Source: Bacilli bacterium
GTDB taxonomy: Bacteria > Bacillota > Bacilli > Alicyclobacillales > SLC66
Assembly (NCBI GenBank): GCA_013044175.1
Contig: JABEUY010000055.1
Location: forward strand, 30,228-94,227
Direction of reading: 5' to 3'
DNA: 64,000 nt
Shown one piece after another: positions 17,549-26,039 of the stretch (position 1 is the first letter of the stretch; each line of letters opens with the position of its first letter). Under the pieces are notes generated by a model, which did not search any database, was not told the DNA's origin, and saw only the letters and a list, made by a program, of their open reading frames with translations. Both the position numbers and the translations under genes were made by a program.

Positions 17549-20494
17549 ATGAAAAAACGAGTATTGACCAGTATAGCCGCAGTCGCCGTGACGCTTACCA
17601 TGACCACCGCTTTTGCAGCAAGTCCGGTGGTCATGTTTGGCGATAACGCACAACGCACACACGCCAACAGCATTGCAGACGCGTATCCTTGGGCAAAAGA
17701 AGCCGCACTGACCTCCGCAACCGATCCCAAAACAGGGCTGACAGTCAGTAGCTTGGGCAGTAGCAGTACCGCGATTGGCGCGGGGAGCGTCCTGTTTTAT
17801 CCGGTGTCGGCAGGTACAGCCTCGAACAACTTTCAGGGGCAAGGCTATATGATTGCCTATGACACCAGCCATTGGGTAGGTGGAAAGCCTACCGTCATAG
17901 GCATCAATCAGATTCCGAACGTGTCGAACTCATCACCTGTCTATGATCCAAATAACAACGATGCTTATCTAGCGGCGGGCACTAAGTTTTATCGATTCAG
18001 CGTGGCAGGTGGCACGTTGTCGAGTATGGCGGTCAGCATTGGCGGGACAGGAACGCTTAACGGAGGTAAGAATTACAACCAAGTCGTATCATATCCGCTC
18101 TACCTGACAGCCACACAGTCTGGTTTGTCAGTTGACACGGTTTGGATTAGTACGCAGAACGGCTGGCTATACGCAATTGATCCAAACACAATGGCTGTCG
18201 TATATAGTCACAACTTTGGTGTCCGATTTGATGCCTCACCTGCGCTTGTTACTGCCACGAATGGTACACCCTACATTGCGGTAACAGGCGCGTATGATGC
18301 CAACAATGCGAGTTTTGGTGGGCAGTCAGGTACTGGAACGTTGTTTTTGATTGATCCGGTTACAGGTTTGGCGCAGTATGCAGCGAATCCTTATCCCGGA
18401 GTTCCTTCGGTAGCCTCTCCGGTTGCGACATCCAAGGGGCATGTCGCATGGAACGACACCGAGGGGGATGTGCTTCTAGGTACGATTAATCCCGGTGGTA
18501 CTATCTCAATCCTACAGCAGCACGCGAGCATAGGTGACAGTCAAACGTCCGACTTGTCCGAGTCTGGCTATGCAAACGGTCAATACATCGTACCATTTAC
18601 GGACAGGGGCATGATTGGCTACGCAACCGTCGATTTGACAGATGGATTGGTTAATCAATACAAGAGTGCTGGTACTACAGGGCAACTCTACCCAATTGGC
18701 TCACCTGAAATTTCCGCATCCTTAAACATGTATTTGGCAGATCAGGAGGGCGGTATCGACCAGATCGGACCTGACCCATCGAATGGCTATCTTTTCGACG
18801 GTACACACGGCAGTTGGCTTCCAAGTTTCGGCACATCCGGTGGCACACCGCTGTCAACGCCATCCGAACTGAACTTAGGCACTGATTTAGGCACAGTCTT
18901 GCCCACCCTGACCTTAGCAACCAATCAAGGATTGGAACTTTGGGTGAATCAGGGTGAATATTTGACGTTCGGCAGTGACTACACAAGCACGAGTCCGACC
19001 GCATTCAGCACAGGTCTGACGCTCTCAATCGGTGCAAATAACCTGTCGAAAGATGCCGGGAACACTGACAAAATCGACTTCAACATCAATCTCAACGGTG
19101 GCGCGTTTCGGAACGATGTAGGCAGTGTCTCGACCTACAATGCGGCAGGTAATCCGGTAACAGGTGCAATCACGATCCCAACCGGAACGCTGGATACGTG
19201 GTTGACGAACTACAAGACAGCACACCCAACCGCGTGGATCAGCACAGGCATGAACAATGCAGTTGTTGAAGCATATCCACAAAATGGCGATACTGGTAAC
19301 TACGTGTTCCAAGGCAGTACAGCGGCATCAGACGGTTCGAATGCCGAAGTCACAGTGTCATTTCCAGCAGCACCAGCCGCCTTGCCTACGCCGCCATCCG
19401 CGCTTACGGCTGTGAGTGACCCTAGTAGTGTTCTGCCGGGCTATACAGAATGGCGGTTTTTGTCGCCGGGCATGTTTAATGTCAACGAGGGCGTGACATA
19501 TCCGAGCGTTGACACAGCCACGATGCACACGGTTTTGGGCACAGCTTGGAAAGAGCATCCAATCCCTGAACAAGCCATCAATAGCAGCCCCGCAGCCACC
19601 ACAAGCGCGTACTACACCAATCAGCAAAACGGTGGTGGCGTGAGCGACACACAGACTGCGAACTGGTGGAACAATTTCACAATTGAATTCAACGCCACGA
19701 CACGTCCCGCCTCGTTCTCCGTGCAGGGGCAGGTCAAGACAGATGGCGACATGCTTTACCGCAAAACCTACATCGGATCATGGCAACCGCACTGGTACTG
19801 GGTGTCATTCTGGTTTGGTGGTGGGTATTGGAATTGGGACGGCTACACGCCAGTTTATAATACCGAGTATCTTTATCGGAACGTGGGGGTTGTTGAAACA
19901 GAGAGCGCGAGTCTCTCGATCCCACGTGGTGAGACGTACTGGTGGAATCCGAGTACAGTCAATGTGAGTGCAAGCGGCACATTTGGCAACGGCGATACAC
20001 CGATCACTCCTGCAGGTTCAGGTATGAGCTGGACGCAGCCAGTATGGGCAAGTTATGGCGGCTGGATACCGGGCGGCAGTCTTGAGGGTGTGGATTATTC
20101 GCAAGTACCGATCACGACAGGTTTAGGCAACACCAACACGCATGGCTTGACACCAAACAGCATGCTGCCGGGCACGTGGTACAGTGACGCGCCAATGCCA
20201 GCCCCTCCATACGGTGGGGACGATAGCTTGCAAGGCTATCCGACCGTCCATGCGTTCGATGCTGAACACAATGGCGGGGTACTCTTTCAACCGAATGTGA
20301 GCAATTCTGACTATCCACAGTTAGGATCGCCGCAATGGTGGGTACAACCGACATACACCGTCACCAGTGGCAGTGGCACATTCGAGCACCCGCAGATCAA
20401 TACGTGGGTAGACACATGGGCAAAACCGTGGGGCAACAACGGCGGTCAGGGCATCACAAGCACCTCTAAATCGACCGTGACGTGGCATAGCTAG
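17549..20494 (+). CDS. large secreted protein, N-terminal beta-propeller (PQQ/BamB-like repeats)
   Basis: ATG 17549 follows a terminator hairpin and a GAGAGAGGGG RBS. Signal peptide TAFA/ASP. WLYAIDPNTMAVVY-type repeats. About 980 aa. Confidence 0.55.
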   Translation: MKKRVLTSIAAVAVTLTMTTAFAASPVVMFGDNAQRTHANSIADAYPWAKEAALTSATDPKTGLTVSSLGSSSTAIGAGSVLFYPVSAGTASNNFQGQGYMIAYDTSHWVGGKPTVIGINQIPNVSNSSPVYDPNNNDAYLAAGTKFYRFSVAGGTLSSMAVSIGGTGTLNGGKNYNQVVSYPLYLTATQSGLSVDTVWISTQNGWLYAIDPNTMAVVYSHNFGVRFDASPALVTATNGTPYIAVTGAYDANNASFGGQSGTGTLFLIDPVTGLAQYAANPYPGVPSVASPVATSKGHVAWNDTEGDVLLGTINPGGTISILQQHASIGDSQTSDLSESGYANGQYIVPFTDRGMIGYATVDLTDGLVNQYKSAGTTGQLYPIGSPEISASLNMYLADQEGGIDQIGPDPSNGYLFDGTHGSWLPSFGTSGGTPLSTPSELNLGTDLGTVLPTLTLATNQGLELWVNQGEYLTFGSDYTSTSPTAFSTGLTLSIGANNLSKDAGNTDKIDFNINLNGGAFRNDVGSVSTYNAAGNPVTGAITIPTGTLDTWLTNYKTAHPTAWISTGMNNAVVEAYPQNGDTGNYVFQGSTAASDGSNAEVTVSFPAAPAALPTPPSALTAVSDPSSVLPGYTEWRFLSPGMFNVNEGVTYPSVDTATMHTVLGTAWKEHPIPEQAINSSPAATTSAYYTNQQNGGGVSDTQTANWWNNFTIEFNATTRPASFSVQGQVKTDGDMLYRKTYIGSWQPHWYWVSFWFGGGYWNWDGYTPVYNTEYLYRNVGVVETESASLSIPRGETYWWNPSTVNVSASGTFGNGDTPITPAGSGMSWTQPVWASYGGWIPGGSLEGVDYSQVPITTGLGNTNTHGLTPNSMLPGTWYSDAPMPAPPYGGDDSLQGYPTVHAFDAEHNGGVLFQPNVSNSDYPQLGSPQWWVQPTYTVTSGSGTFEHPQINTWVDTWAKPWGNNGGQGITSTSKSTVTWHS

Positions 20495-20498
20495 TGAG

Positions 20499-20564
20499 AA
20501 ATTTGGCATCTTAGGTGTGAGTCGCGGATATTTGTCGATGGCTTGCACCTAAGATGCTAGTTTT
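20499..20564. terminator. long-stem hairpin family, copy b (operon-end punctuation)
   Basis: GCATCTTAGGTG (left arm ends 20517) pairs with CACCTAAGATGC (right arm starts 20546), with a 28-nt loop and A/T-rich flanks. Confidence 0.55.
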
Positions 20565-20588
20565 ATAGCACTGAAAGGGGTTGAGGGC

Positions 20589-21056
20589 ATGGGATTTTTG
20601 ACTTTACCGATTTACTACTTGGGGATGTTCCTATTTTCGTTGGCTGTCATCGTGCAGTTTACGGTTGGTGGCTTGGCGTTCGATCAGATGTGGACGAATA
20701 CAGCATTAAAGAACGCCACGAGTGCGGGCATCACGCAGGTGGTGGGTGGTGGCGGTGGCATTGGATCGGCGCAGGTGATTAACGTTGTTGATGCCGAGAA
20801 TATTGCCAATCAGGAATGGTCGATGCAGAATCAAGCATGGACACCAAGTGGTCAGCCCATTACCGCTACGTTTACACCGGGTGCAGTCAACAGCCTGACA
20901 CCTGCTGGATCGTATGACACTTTGACTGGAACGGCAGTGGTAGCAGTGCAAGAAAATGCCATAAATCATTTGATCGATACGTTTGGTAAGACCGTCAACA
21001 ACGGCGGGACGATTACGGACACGATCTCGTCCAGTCTGCCCGGAACGCTTTCCTAA
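20589..21056 (+). CDS. membrane-anchored hypothetical protein
   Basis: 155 aa with one N-terminal TM. GGGG RBS upstream. Confidence 0.45.
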   Translation: MGFLTLPIYYLGMFLFSLAVIVQFTVGGLAFDQMWTNTALKNATSAGITQVVGGGGGIGSAQVINVVDAENIANQEWSMQNQAWTPSGQPITATFTPGAVNSLTPAGSYDTLTGTAVVAVQENAINHLIDTFGKTVNNGGTITDTISSSLPGTLS

Positions 21057-22380
21057 CCTCCAGCCCCCCCCTCTGCCATCAACGACAGAAGGGGGGGGGG
21101 CTTTTTCTCGTATCTATGTGGCTGGACATGAGTAATCATACACAACCAGCTCAATAGATCCAAGTTTTCCGACCTTCTACCCTCCGAAAACTGGAAACTG
21201 TAGACTAGTCCGTCCTAGTATTTAGGACAGAAAGCTAGTACATGGTTCTATGTTCTACAATCTAGGATATGGGAACTGTAGACTAGTCCGTCCTAGTATT
21301 TAGGATATGTAGGATATGCTTGTCATAGTTACGTCAGGGGTTGAGGGCTTTACGTCACCCTTTGAAATCGCCTCTACGCCAGTAACAGTGCGGGTTGCGG
21401 CGTTTTACGTCACACGTCAGGGATAGCTTTATTCCTATACTACATATATCCCTTCTTTTCTTCTCTCCTCTATAGTAGCAAATAGAAGAGAGAAGGGTGA
21501 CGTATTGACGAAGCCACGTCACTACTGAAAAAATGGTATGACTTAGCCCTGACGTACCCCTGACTTAGAGCCTCTAGCCCTGACGTGCTTCCTAAATACG
21601 AACCTTCTATGGAATTGTATGCCATACTCACCTACCCAAGCCTGACTCACCTACCCCATTCCAACCACACCACATAGCCACATGACCTCACAGGATGCCT
21701 CCAGAACGATTTGAAATGCGCCCGTGATAGTTAGTCGCGGCGGGCGGGTACAAACGTCCTGCGAGGCTGCTAGATGCCTTAAAATCGAAATGGCTGATTT
21801 TTGAGGGTTTATGTGAGAGGGGGTTTGGGGCTGTAGGGGGTTCTAGGTACGCGAGGATGCCCCTAGAACGATCTTAGAAGCACCGGGCAGATGATTGCCT
21901 ATGCCGGGTGCTCGAACGGCTTCAAGGCGATCATGGCGACTTTAAAAATAAACTTTGAGCCAGAAGCTGTCATTTTCCCCAGTACAGGCGTTTTTCGCGA
22001 TATCACAGGGGGTAACGCCATACTCGTATCCTCATCATAATATCGCCGCATGTCAGCGTCAAATGAGTTGTAACTCTTAATAATCAAGTCTAATCACATG
22101 AAAAATCTCAACTCTCCTTAAATCACCCAACTCTCACGAATCAACCGCTAATCGTTGGTAACGAACTCTAATCATCGTAACATCTTCTAATGAGCATAAA
22201 TCAAGCCGTTTTCCTATGTAAAATTCCAGTTATCAAGCGCACCGGAATTGGAAGTTTGTCGCCCACTTTGCAGTGTTGACGCGGGTTGACAGGCTTTTGA
22301 GCATGTTGTAGGCTATGAATGTAGACAAAAACAACTGGGAAAAGAGGGAACGAAGATTGTAGCTATTAAGTTAAAAAGAT
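21057..22380. repeat. noncoding origin-like region A (diverged inverted paralog of 61125..62408)
   Basis: Order of parts: terminator; two 35-mers 78 bp apart (21193..21227, 21271..21305) containing the palindrome GGACTAGTCC; a cluster of at least 9 TGACGT/ACGTCA; an AT-rich dyad; a TTGACA-17-TAGGCT promoter at about 22278. Confidence 0.7.
21064..21105 (+). terminator. intrinsic terminator with C8/G10 homopolymer stem
   Basis: CCCCCCCCTCTGCC..(loop)..GACAGAAGGGGGGGGGG followed by CTTTTT. Confidence 0.6.
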
Positions 22381-22431
22381 CCCATGAGTCCTGCCAGACT
22401 CATGGGATCACCAAGAAGGAGTGAGACAAAA

Positions 22432-24351
22432 ATGAGTGTATCAACTCAAGACGTATTATTGATGCAGTTGCAGTCAAGCGGCATCACAGTTGCCGACAGC
22501 GGCGATATCTTAAAAAATGGAGGTGCTAGGGATGCACGAGATAAGTTTGATCGTCCTACCGTCAAAAGTAATTCGTTGATTTTGCACAGCGTCACAGGCA
22601 ACCAGATAACCTTAGTCTCTAATTTTGGGGATAAGGATTATCTAAAGGAACACCTCAATGCGCAGTTTGATGGCGAGACTAAACGATGGGTAATAGGCAT
22701 CAACTACTTTAAAAAAGCAATTCGACTTTTTAAACATGTTACTGTCAAAGCAAGTGTGCGGGCGACAAAGGAGCAGCAGTTGGCAAAGATAGAACAACAA
22801 GCTGCGGATGAAGCTGCAGAACGTGCGCGATTGGTGTGGGATGGTGTACTACCGCAGGACATGCAAGCCAAGCATGTTGTACTGTATGCTTATCAAAACG
22901 CAGGGGTCAACTTCCTCTTGAAATATAAGACCACCGTTCTAGGGTTTGCGGTCGGTCTAGGCAAAACACCCACCGCAATTGCAGCCGCAAACGTTCTTTT
23001 AGATCAAAAAGAGGTCTCACGTGTTCTGATCATTGCACCGAATTCTGTTAAATTTCAATGGGCATCAGAGATCGCTAAATTCAGTGGCAGAACGGCTGTC
23101 GTTCTGGACAATTCAACCCCTGTCAGACTCAAAAAGGCGTTCGAGGCGGCGCAGATAGCAGACTATGTAATCTTACATTATGAAATGCTACGCAGCGCAA
23201 AATATAAAACGCAGATCACCGCTTTGGCAGTAAATGCTGTGGTCATTGCAGACGAGGCACATAAGGTCAAAAACTATAAAGCCCAGCAAACACAGGCATT
23301 CCAGACGCTTACAAACGATAGAAAATATATGTGGTTACTGACTGCAACACCATTCCCAAACGCGCAACCGCAGGAGACTTACACCATGCTCTCTCACGTG
23401 CATCCGATAGGGTCATGGCTAGACTTTGGACGCAAGTACGTGGTTTTTGAGAGAGGTTACAGAGGCGCACGTGTTCCGGTGCGTTTGAGGAATCATAAGA
23501 GTTTGCGCAACGAAATGCAGGATACTGTGATCTTGCGCCAACATAACAGCCCTGACGTGCAGATCAGCCTACCGAGCACGCGTTATGTCACGCAAGAACT
23601 GTCCATGTCAGCGGAGCAGTGCAAGATTTACGATGCGATGGCAAGCGATTTGATGCACAAATTGGACGCTATGGACTCAACAACCTATCGCCAGAACGCC
23701 GCGAATGTGTTGGCGCAGATGAAACGGTTAGAGCAGATCGCCAACGATGTGGACTTGCTTGAGGATGAGGCGACAGTGGACATGGACAGGCTATCGGTCA
23801 AGGAGGAATGGGCTGTCAACGTGATTTCAGATCATTTAGAAGATGCTGAAAATCGTGGTATTGTCGTATTTGCTGAATCAAAATTGGTGCTACGGAAGAT
23901 CAACAAAGCACTCATCAATCAAGGCTTGGATGCCTCACAGATAGGAACGATAAGTGGTGAGGTAGCACCTGAAAAGCGAACAAAGATTGTCAGTGACTTT
24001 GGTACTGGAGCCATTCGAGTTGTACTGTCTACCAGCGCAGGAGAAGAGGGTATCAACCTACAAACAGGTGGGCACACAATGATCCACATGGATCAACCGT
24101 GGGTTCCCAAATCCATTACCCAGCGCGAAGGTCGTATCTTACGCAGTGGGCAACCAAGTGAATTCACACTCTTTTATAGCCCTCTCATGGCGGGCACAGT
24201 GGAGTTTTACAAACGTTCGAAGATCATGTTCAAGGTCGGGGAAATCGAGAAGTTGCTTGGACAAGGGGCGGCTGGATCGGTGGCAGAAAACATCAATGAG
24301 ACAGGCGCAGCATGGACACTTGACGAGCTTAAAGACATGCTAAGACGATGA
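22432..24351 (+). CDS. SNF2/RAD54 family helicase
   Basis: Motifs GLGKT, ADEAHKVKN, LLTATP, STSAGEEGINLQ and QREGRILRSGQ. AAGGAG RBS before ATG 22432. Confidence 0.85.
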   Translation: MSVSTQDVLLMQLQSSGITVADSGDILKNGGARDARDKFDRPTVKSNSLILHSVTGNQITLVSNFGDKDYLKEHLNAQFDGETKRWVIGINYFKKAIRLFKHVTVKASVRATKEQQLAKIEQQAADEAAERARLVWDGVLPQDMQAKHVVLYAYQNAGVNFLLKYKTTVLGFAVGLGKTPTAIAAANVLLDQKEVSRVLIIAPNSVKFQWASEIAKFSGRTAVVLDNSTPVRLKKAFEAAQIADYVILHYEMLRSAKYKTQITALAVNAVVIADEAHKVKNYKAQQTQAFQTLTNDRKYMWLLTATPFPNAQPQETYTMLSHVHPIGSWLDFGRKYVVFERGYRGARVPVRLRNHKSLRNEMQDTVILRQHNSPDVQISLPSTRYVTQELSMSAEQCKIYDAMASDLMHKLDAMDSTTYRQNAANVLAQMKRLEQIANDVDLLEDEATVDMDRLSVKEEWAVNVISDHLEDAENRGIVVFAESKLVLRKINKALINQGLDASQIGTISGEVAPEKRTKIVSDFGTGAIRVVLSTSAGEEGINLQTGGHTMIHMDQPWVPKSITQREGRILRSGQPSEFTLFYSPLMAGTVEFYKRSKIMFKVGEIEKLLGQGAAGSVAENINETGAAWTLDELKDMLRR

Positions 24352-24425
24352 AATGTCTCCCCGCCTCTTGACTGGTGAGAGGCGGGGAAAGTGTAGGTAT
24401 ATTTAAAATTTGGGGGCGATAGAGG

Positions 24426-24881
24426 ATGGAAGATAAACAGGCACTGAAAAATGCCTTACAGAAATACCATGAGGTTTGTGTACAAAAATCAGAAATAGAG
24501 GATCAGCTTTTTAAACTGCTGGGACGAGAAAAGTCGCCTGACCGCGTAGGGACACCTGACTCTTGCACACAACAGTTGCAAAAGGTAGCCAACAAACTCA
24601 AAATGTTGCCAAATTGCTCGCATTTTGCTGACGCGCTGAATATCGCACTTAATCAACTCTATTCGATGGATCAAGATCCACGCCCGGATGGGTTTGATGC
24701 GGATTTGCAGCTACTTGCCCTTTACCAGAATATATTACCTCTTTTACAGCAACCCAAAACAGAAATAGTAAAAGCAGCTTTACAGTTTCTGTATACACAA
24801 CATCAAATTTTTAGTGATCAGATTGATTATTTATATCTGCAAACTCTGCTCGATGCTATTGGGACCATTGCCAATCACTAA
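24426..24881 (+). CDS. hypothetical protein (paralog of 60633..61124)
   Basis: Shared MExKQAL start and a shared ILPLL..P.T segment with the minus-strand ORF next to region B. Confidence 0.5.
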   Translation: MEDKQALKNALQKYHEVCVQKSEIEDQLFKLLGREKSPDRVGTPDSCTQQLQKVANKLKMLPNCSHFADALNIALNQLYSMDQDPRPDGFDADLQLLALYQNILPLLQQPKTEIVKAALQFLYTQHQIFSDQIDYLYLQTLLDAIGTIANH

Positions 24882-24924
24882 ATAGTCCCACCTGCCCTTC
24901 ACTGATGGAAGGGCAGATGATCAC
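24880..24924 (+). promoter_or_regulatory. ICE intercistronic box-hairpin module, copy 4
   Basis: Box AAATAGTCCCAC; stem CTGCCCTTC/GAAGGGCAG (compensated arms); ATG 24925. Confidence 0.65.
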
Positions 24925-25425
24925 ATGAAGAAGTCACGATTTATCAAGGAACAGAAAGGTGCACTGGGCGGGTTTGTCCCAGACCTGATCGCCGGGATCA
25001 TCGCTGCATACGGACTGGACCTGCTGTTGGGCATCTTTTCAATGTTGCTCAAATCATTCATAGCAACTGTCACAATTGTAAATCTCGCCCATGCGTACAG
25101 CACCACGCTCAACGGCATCGATCCTGCAACGAACGTAGGTTACGCCACCGAGGCAGCCCAAGCATTTGGAAATACGCTACCAGTCGCGAATGCAGGAAGT
25201 GACGTGGTTTCAGTACCACCGACTCTTGGGCAAGAGACTTCGCCCGGCGATCTAGCACTATATCTTGGCGGCGACCCGGGCAACGCAGGCTATGATCAAT
25301 TAACCGTGGATTATGCCTTGGAGCTGCCCATCTCGATTCCCACATGGACTGGCGGCACATGGACATCCGTACAGCCACAGCCGATGCAGTTGTATTACAC
25401 ACTTACATTTTATCAGATCTGGTAA
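24925..25425 (+). CDS. membrane-anchored hypothetical protein
   Basis: 166 aa with an N-terminal hydrophobic segment after a basic leader. Confidence 0.45.
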   Translation: MKKSRFIKEQKGALGGFVPDLIAGIIAAYGLDLLLGIFSMLLKSFIATVTIVNLAHAYSTTLNGIDPATNVGYATEAAQAFGNTLPVANAGSDVVSVPPTLGQETSPGDLALYLGGDPGNAGYDQLTVDYALELPISIPTWTGGTWTSVQPQPMQLYYTLTFYQIW

Positions 25426-25426
25426 C

Positions 25427-25483
25427 GATTTTTGTCCTACCTGCCCCACAAGATGTGAGGCACAATACAAGGAGGTCAGACGC
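25427..25483 (+). promoter_or_regulatory. ICE intercistronic box-hairpin module, copy 5
   Basis: Box GATTTTTGTCCTAC; imperfect stem GCCCCACA/TGTGAGGC; GGAGG; ATG 25484. Confidence 0.55.
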
Positions 25484-25723
25484 ATGACGAATTACACAAT
25501 ATCCGTGGAGGACATAGAAGATCCAGAGAATTACAGCGTAATAGAAACAAAGTATCCAACTCACGAATCCCGCGCAAGAGAGTTGGCGAAGCAACTCGCT
25601 GAAAAGTATAAGGATTCAAACTATCGCCTGACCGTGGAATTTTTTAGGGAATCTGATGGCTACACTGGTTACATCAATCCTGACGAAACCGACGATGGGG
25701 AGTACGCAGAAAACTGGCTTTAA
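25484..25723 (+). CDS. small hypothetical protein, tandem paralog 1
   Basis: MTNYTISVEDIE.., homologous to 25751..25984. Confidence 0.55.
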   Translation: MTNYTISVEDIEDPENYSVIETKYPTHESRARELAKQLAEKYKDSNYRLTVEFFRESDGYTGYINPDETDDGEYAENWL

Positions 25724-25750
25724 GCCACCACAAATACGGAGGTTATACCC

Positions 25751-25984
25751 ATGACGAACTTTACTATCTCTGTTACCGATATTGAATCTGGCGAGGATGT
25801 CTTAATTGAGGAAAAGTACACTAGTAATGAATCCCGCGCCGAAGAAATCGCCCAAGAATTCGTGGAGAAATATGGTAAAACGTATTACGTGATCACCGTA
25901 ACTTGGCATCGAGATCGAGACGGCATGAACGGATATTTAAACCCTAATGGTGCAGATTTCAATCCAGAAGATTGGAACGCATAA
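25751..25984 (+). CDS. small hypothetical protein, tandem paralog 2
   Basis: MTNFTISVTDIE..; ACGGAGG RBS. Confidence 0.55.
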   Translation: MTNFTISVTDIESGEDVLIEEKYTSNESRAEEIAQEFVEKYGKTYYVITVTWHRDRDGMNGYLNPNGADFNPEDWNA

Positions 25985-25990
25985 CCGCAT

Positions 25991-26039
25991 AATTTGTCCT
26001 ACAGCCCCCTTCTCCAATAGAGAAAAGGGGGCTATTTTT
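25991..26039 (+). promoter_or_regulatory. ICE intercistronic box-hairpin module, copy 6
   Basis: Box AATTTGTCCTAC; stem AGCCCCCTTCTC/AGAAAAGGGGGCT; TTTTT; ATG 26040. Confidence 0.7.

Noticed and set aside
21899-22087. Small ORFs in regions A and B (21899..22087 -, 61264..61554 -, 61351..61686 +, 61397..61582 +, 61711..61911 -, 61969..62184 +)
   Set aside because: The two regions are homologous at the DNA level, but the ORFs fall in different frames and strands and are not conserved as proteins between the copies. They are treated as noncoding.
25313-26039. Long N-terminal extensions of ORFs 25313..25723 and 25947..28541
   Set aside because: The extensions overlap upstream genes and run through box-hairpin modules. 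The internal ATGs at 25484 and 26040 sit at the canonical module distance.
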